From assembly GCA_050331735.1 (NCBI GenBank), contig JBHJGN010000066.1, forward strand, positions 23,532 through 87,531: a DNA stretch of 64,000 bases. Reading direction: 5' to 3'. This stretch comes from Cyanophyceae cyanobacterium (lineage in GTDB: Bacteria; Cyanobacteriota; Cyanobacteriia; Cyanobacteriales; JBHJGN01). Numbering within the stretch: the stretch's first letter is position 1; the number at the start of each line of letters is the position of its first letter. Under the pieces are notes generated by a model, which saw only the letters and a program-made list of their open reading frames with translations, had not been told where the DNA came from and made no database searches. The position numbers and the translations under genes were made by a program. This document shows positions 61,655 to 64,000 of the stretch, piece by piece.

Positions 61655-62350
61655 ATGTTTGCCGTCGTTACCTCCGACACAACCCATCTCCGACCAGGTG
61701 CGGTCGTGCAGTTTCCCGGTAGCTGGGAAGAATATTCAACACTCGCTTCACGCCGAGGAGATGGCACAACTCCTCGCATCAAGTATCGCCAAGGAGAAAT
61801 TCTCTTAATGTCTCCTCTTCCCCAGCACGGACGTTCTGCTAGCTTAGTTGCCGATATAGTCAAAGCGATTTTAGACTTTCTCGGTCAAAACTATGAAGCC
61901 TTTACTCCGATTACAATTGAACTTCCCCAGGTAGGAGGAATTGAACCTGATTTCTGTTTTTACATCAAGAATTGGCAAGCTGCTGTCGGGAAAGACCGTA
62001 TTGACTGGACTATCGCTCCTCCTCCCGATCTCGCTATCGAAATTGATGTTACCAACTACACCAATATTGAAGATTACTTAATCTATCGCATTCCTGAAGT
62101 TTGGCTGCTTAGAAGCGATTTCCTCCAGGATAGCTCCGCTTCACGCTTACAGATCTATTTGTTAACTGAGGACCAGTACATTACTTCCGAGAGGAGTCTG
62201 TTTTTCCCCAATCTCGACATCACTGCCATTATTGCTGACTGCTCAAGCGCTGCTTCTACTCAGGGTAGTGGTGCAGCTATGCAGCAGTTGAGAGAAAGGC
62301 TGAAGCGGTATCATGCTACGTCCGAAGAGCCATCAGCGCGCTGCCTGTAG
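61655..62350 (+). CDS. Uma2 family (PD-(D/E)XK) endonuclease-like protein
   Basis: LMSPLPQH, GIEPDFCFY, PPPDLAIEIDVT, IPEVW. Confidence 0.88.
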   Translation: MFAVVTSDTTHLRPGAVVQFPGSWEEYSTLASRRGDGTTPRIKYRQGEILLMSPLPQHGRSASLVADIVKAILDFLGQNYEAFTPITIELPQVGGIEPDFCFYIKNWQAAVGKDRIDWTIAPPPDLAIEIDVTNYTNIEDYLIYRIPEVWLLRSDFLQDSSASRLQIYLLTEDQYITSERSLFFPNLDITAIIADCSSAASTQGSGAAMQQLRERLKRYHATSEEPSARCL

Positions 62351-62606
62351 CTGTATTTCCGATGAGAATGCCAAGCAACGAGAATGCTGGCAGGGTCAAT
62401 TCTGTTATAGTTGCCGTCCTTACAGCACCGCCACAAGTAGCAATATCGCTTTTAAAGTTGGGCAGAATACTAAACTAGTGGCGGAAATTGAAGTCGTTCA
62501 CTACATAGGCTAGACCAACGTTGATTTAGCTGCTCATACCCAGAATGTAGTTGGGGAGTTAAGTAAACGCTTCGCGATCGCTGTACTAGCCAACAGGGAA
62601 GTACTA

Positions 62607-63896
62607 GTTTCCAACAATTCCGATTTCAATTAATCGGTAAATACTTGGAGTCGCTGCTGCTAGTGCGTCTGCTGCTGGTGCTGGTTTCCAACAATTCCGA
62701 TTTCAATTAATCGGTAAATACGAGCTGGCTTCTCAGTTTCCTGAAGGAATGCTGATTCGAGAAACGTTTCCAACAATTCCGATTTCAATTAATCGGTAAA
62801 TAGCCTCTACTGAATTACAGGGTCTTTCCCCAGAGCCAAGGAAGAAGGTTTCCAACAATTCCGATTTCAATTAATCGGTAAATCGTCATTTGGCTGGGTG
62901 TCTTTATCTAGCACCAGTGTGAACCGTTTCCAACAATTCCGATTTCAATTAATCGGTAAATTTTCTGGATGCTAGTAAGTTGCCAGAAAATTGCGTATAT
63001 AAAGGTTTTCCAAAAATTCCGATTTCAATTAATCGGTAAATAGACTGGAGTAAAAAACTACAGTTGGAGGCTGACTTAGCGGAGTTTCCAACAATTCCGA
63101 TTTCAATTAATCGGTAAATAGGTTTTGATTACCAAAGAGCAGCTTAGGGAGCTTGAGCTGTGTTTCCAACAATTCCGATTTCAATTAATCGGTAAATGCA
63201 GGCTCTACTCTTACGATGCCCGCTTTTGCTCAAAAGCATGTTTCCAACAATTCCGATTTCAATTAATCGGTAAATTCCCGCTTCTGTCCAGAGTAGGCAA
63301 ATCCAACCAAAAGGAGCAAGACGGTTTCCAACAATTCCGATTTCAATTAATCGGTAAATAACTCAAAAACAATTTGCTAACTTCGTCGGATACCTTTGGA
63401 AGTTTCCAACAATTCCGATTTCAATTAATCGGTAAATTTGTTTGATGCTTAAACTCCTAGAAAGATCGGGGACTGAGTTTCCAACAATTCCGATTTCAAT
63501 TAATCGGTAAATAGTTGATCTATTAGGGATTTTATTAAGCTGTCTCGTCCTGTTTCCAACAATTCCGATTTCAATTAATCGGTAAATTTGCACTTCTAAA
63601 CACTTCTATCATTACTGTTGATGGAGATTTTCGTTTCCAACAATTCCGATTTCAATTAATCGGTAAATTGAGTTACTAGGAGTGGATGTAGAGGTAAACC
63701 GTCAGTTGTTTCCAACAATTCCGATTTCAATTAATCGGTAAATGTCTCAATCATGGGCAGAGGGCTATGGCTCTCATTTCCATGAGTTTCCAACAATTCC
63801 GATTTCAATTAATCGGTAAATTCTTGGCTTTGCAGGGATTACCGAGGCCAAGCGTCTTACGTTTCCAACAATTCCGATTTCAATTAATCGGTAAAT
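62607..63896 (-). CRISPR. CRISPR array, 17 repeats of 36 bp and 16 spacers of 39-48 bp, probably type III associated
   Basis: Plus-strand repeat GTTTCCAACAATTCCGATTTCAATTAATCGGTAAAT starts at 62607, 62684, 62766, 62848, 62926, 63006 (variant), 63084, 63162, 63240, 63324, 63402, 63477, 63552, 63633, 63708, 63786 and 63861; internal hairpin CCGATT/AATCGG; the minus-strand form ends in GAAAC; csx3 nearby. Confidence 0.98.
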
Positions 63897-64000
63897 AGTT
63901 CTCCTCAGACCTTGCCTCCAGCAATAGTTTCAGATGACAAAACTACATAGGTCATCTTCAACTACCAAAAGCCAAGTCCTTGCCCCTCATCAAGAGAAGC
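63897..64000 (-). promoter_or_regulatory. Probable CRISPR leader (partial)
   Basis: Non-repeat flank on the 5' side of the GAAAC-ending orientation; contains inverted repeat AGATGAC (63932-63938)/GTCATCT (63951-63957). Confidence 0.55.

Noticed and set aside
63125..63593. ORFs with repeated FQQFRFQLIGK and IYRLIEIGIVGN peptides
   Set aside because: Translations of CRISPR repeats; stop codons in neighbouring spacers prevent any array-long ORF
62643..63860. Self-targeting or duplicated spacers
   Set aside because: None seen by eye within the window; a real alignment is needed to exclude them

Overview
Chromosomal segment of a cyanobacterium, judged from psaD, the abundant HIP1 octamer GCGATCGC, NtcA boxes and a cyanobacterial Zur. 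From left to right: a DUF4388/small GTPase/roadblock signalling operon ending in a decayed V4R-like gene; an M28 peptidase, trpE, psaD and a DICT-GAF histidine kinase; a Rieske oxygenase plus sarcosine-oxidase-like pair; a 2-Cys peroxiredoxin with a structured leader; a divergent sucCD; a PlsY-like/PEP-utiliser fusion, pdxA, ltrA and NfeD/SPFH; a roughly 18 kb purine and organic-nitrogen scavenging region (puuE, ppk2, mocA-like, xdhC, xanthine dehydrogenase subunits, NCS2 permease, adenine deaminase, formamidase, BMP-ABC) with NtcA sites; DUF3891 and CvfC-like genes; a stand-alone type I PKS (KS-AT-DH-ER-KR-ACP) fused to a PLP alpha-oxoamine synthase; and a defence-type end with a ParA-like ATPase overlapping csx3/crn3, a toxin-antitoxin-like pair, a Uma2 nuclease and a 17-repeat CRISPR array. 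The most notable items are the PKS-oxoamine synthase fusion, the CRISPR array whose 11 leader-proximal spacers all have lengths divisible by 3, the PlsY-like/phosphotransferase fusion, a modular GA-rich hairpin repeat family, and several pseudogenes missed by the ORF track. All protein calls come from motif recognition by eye; no database searches were run.
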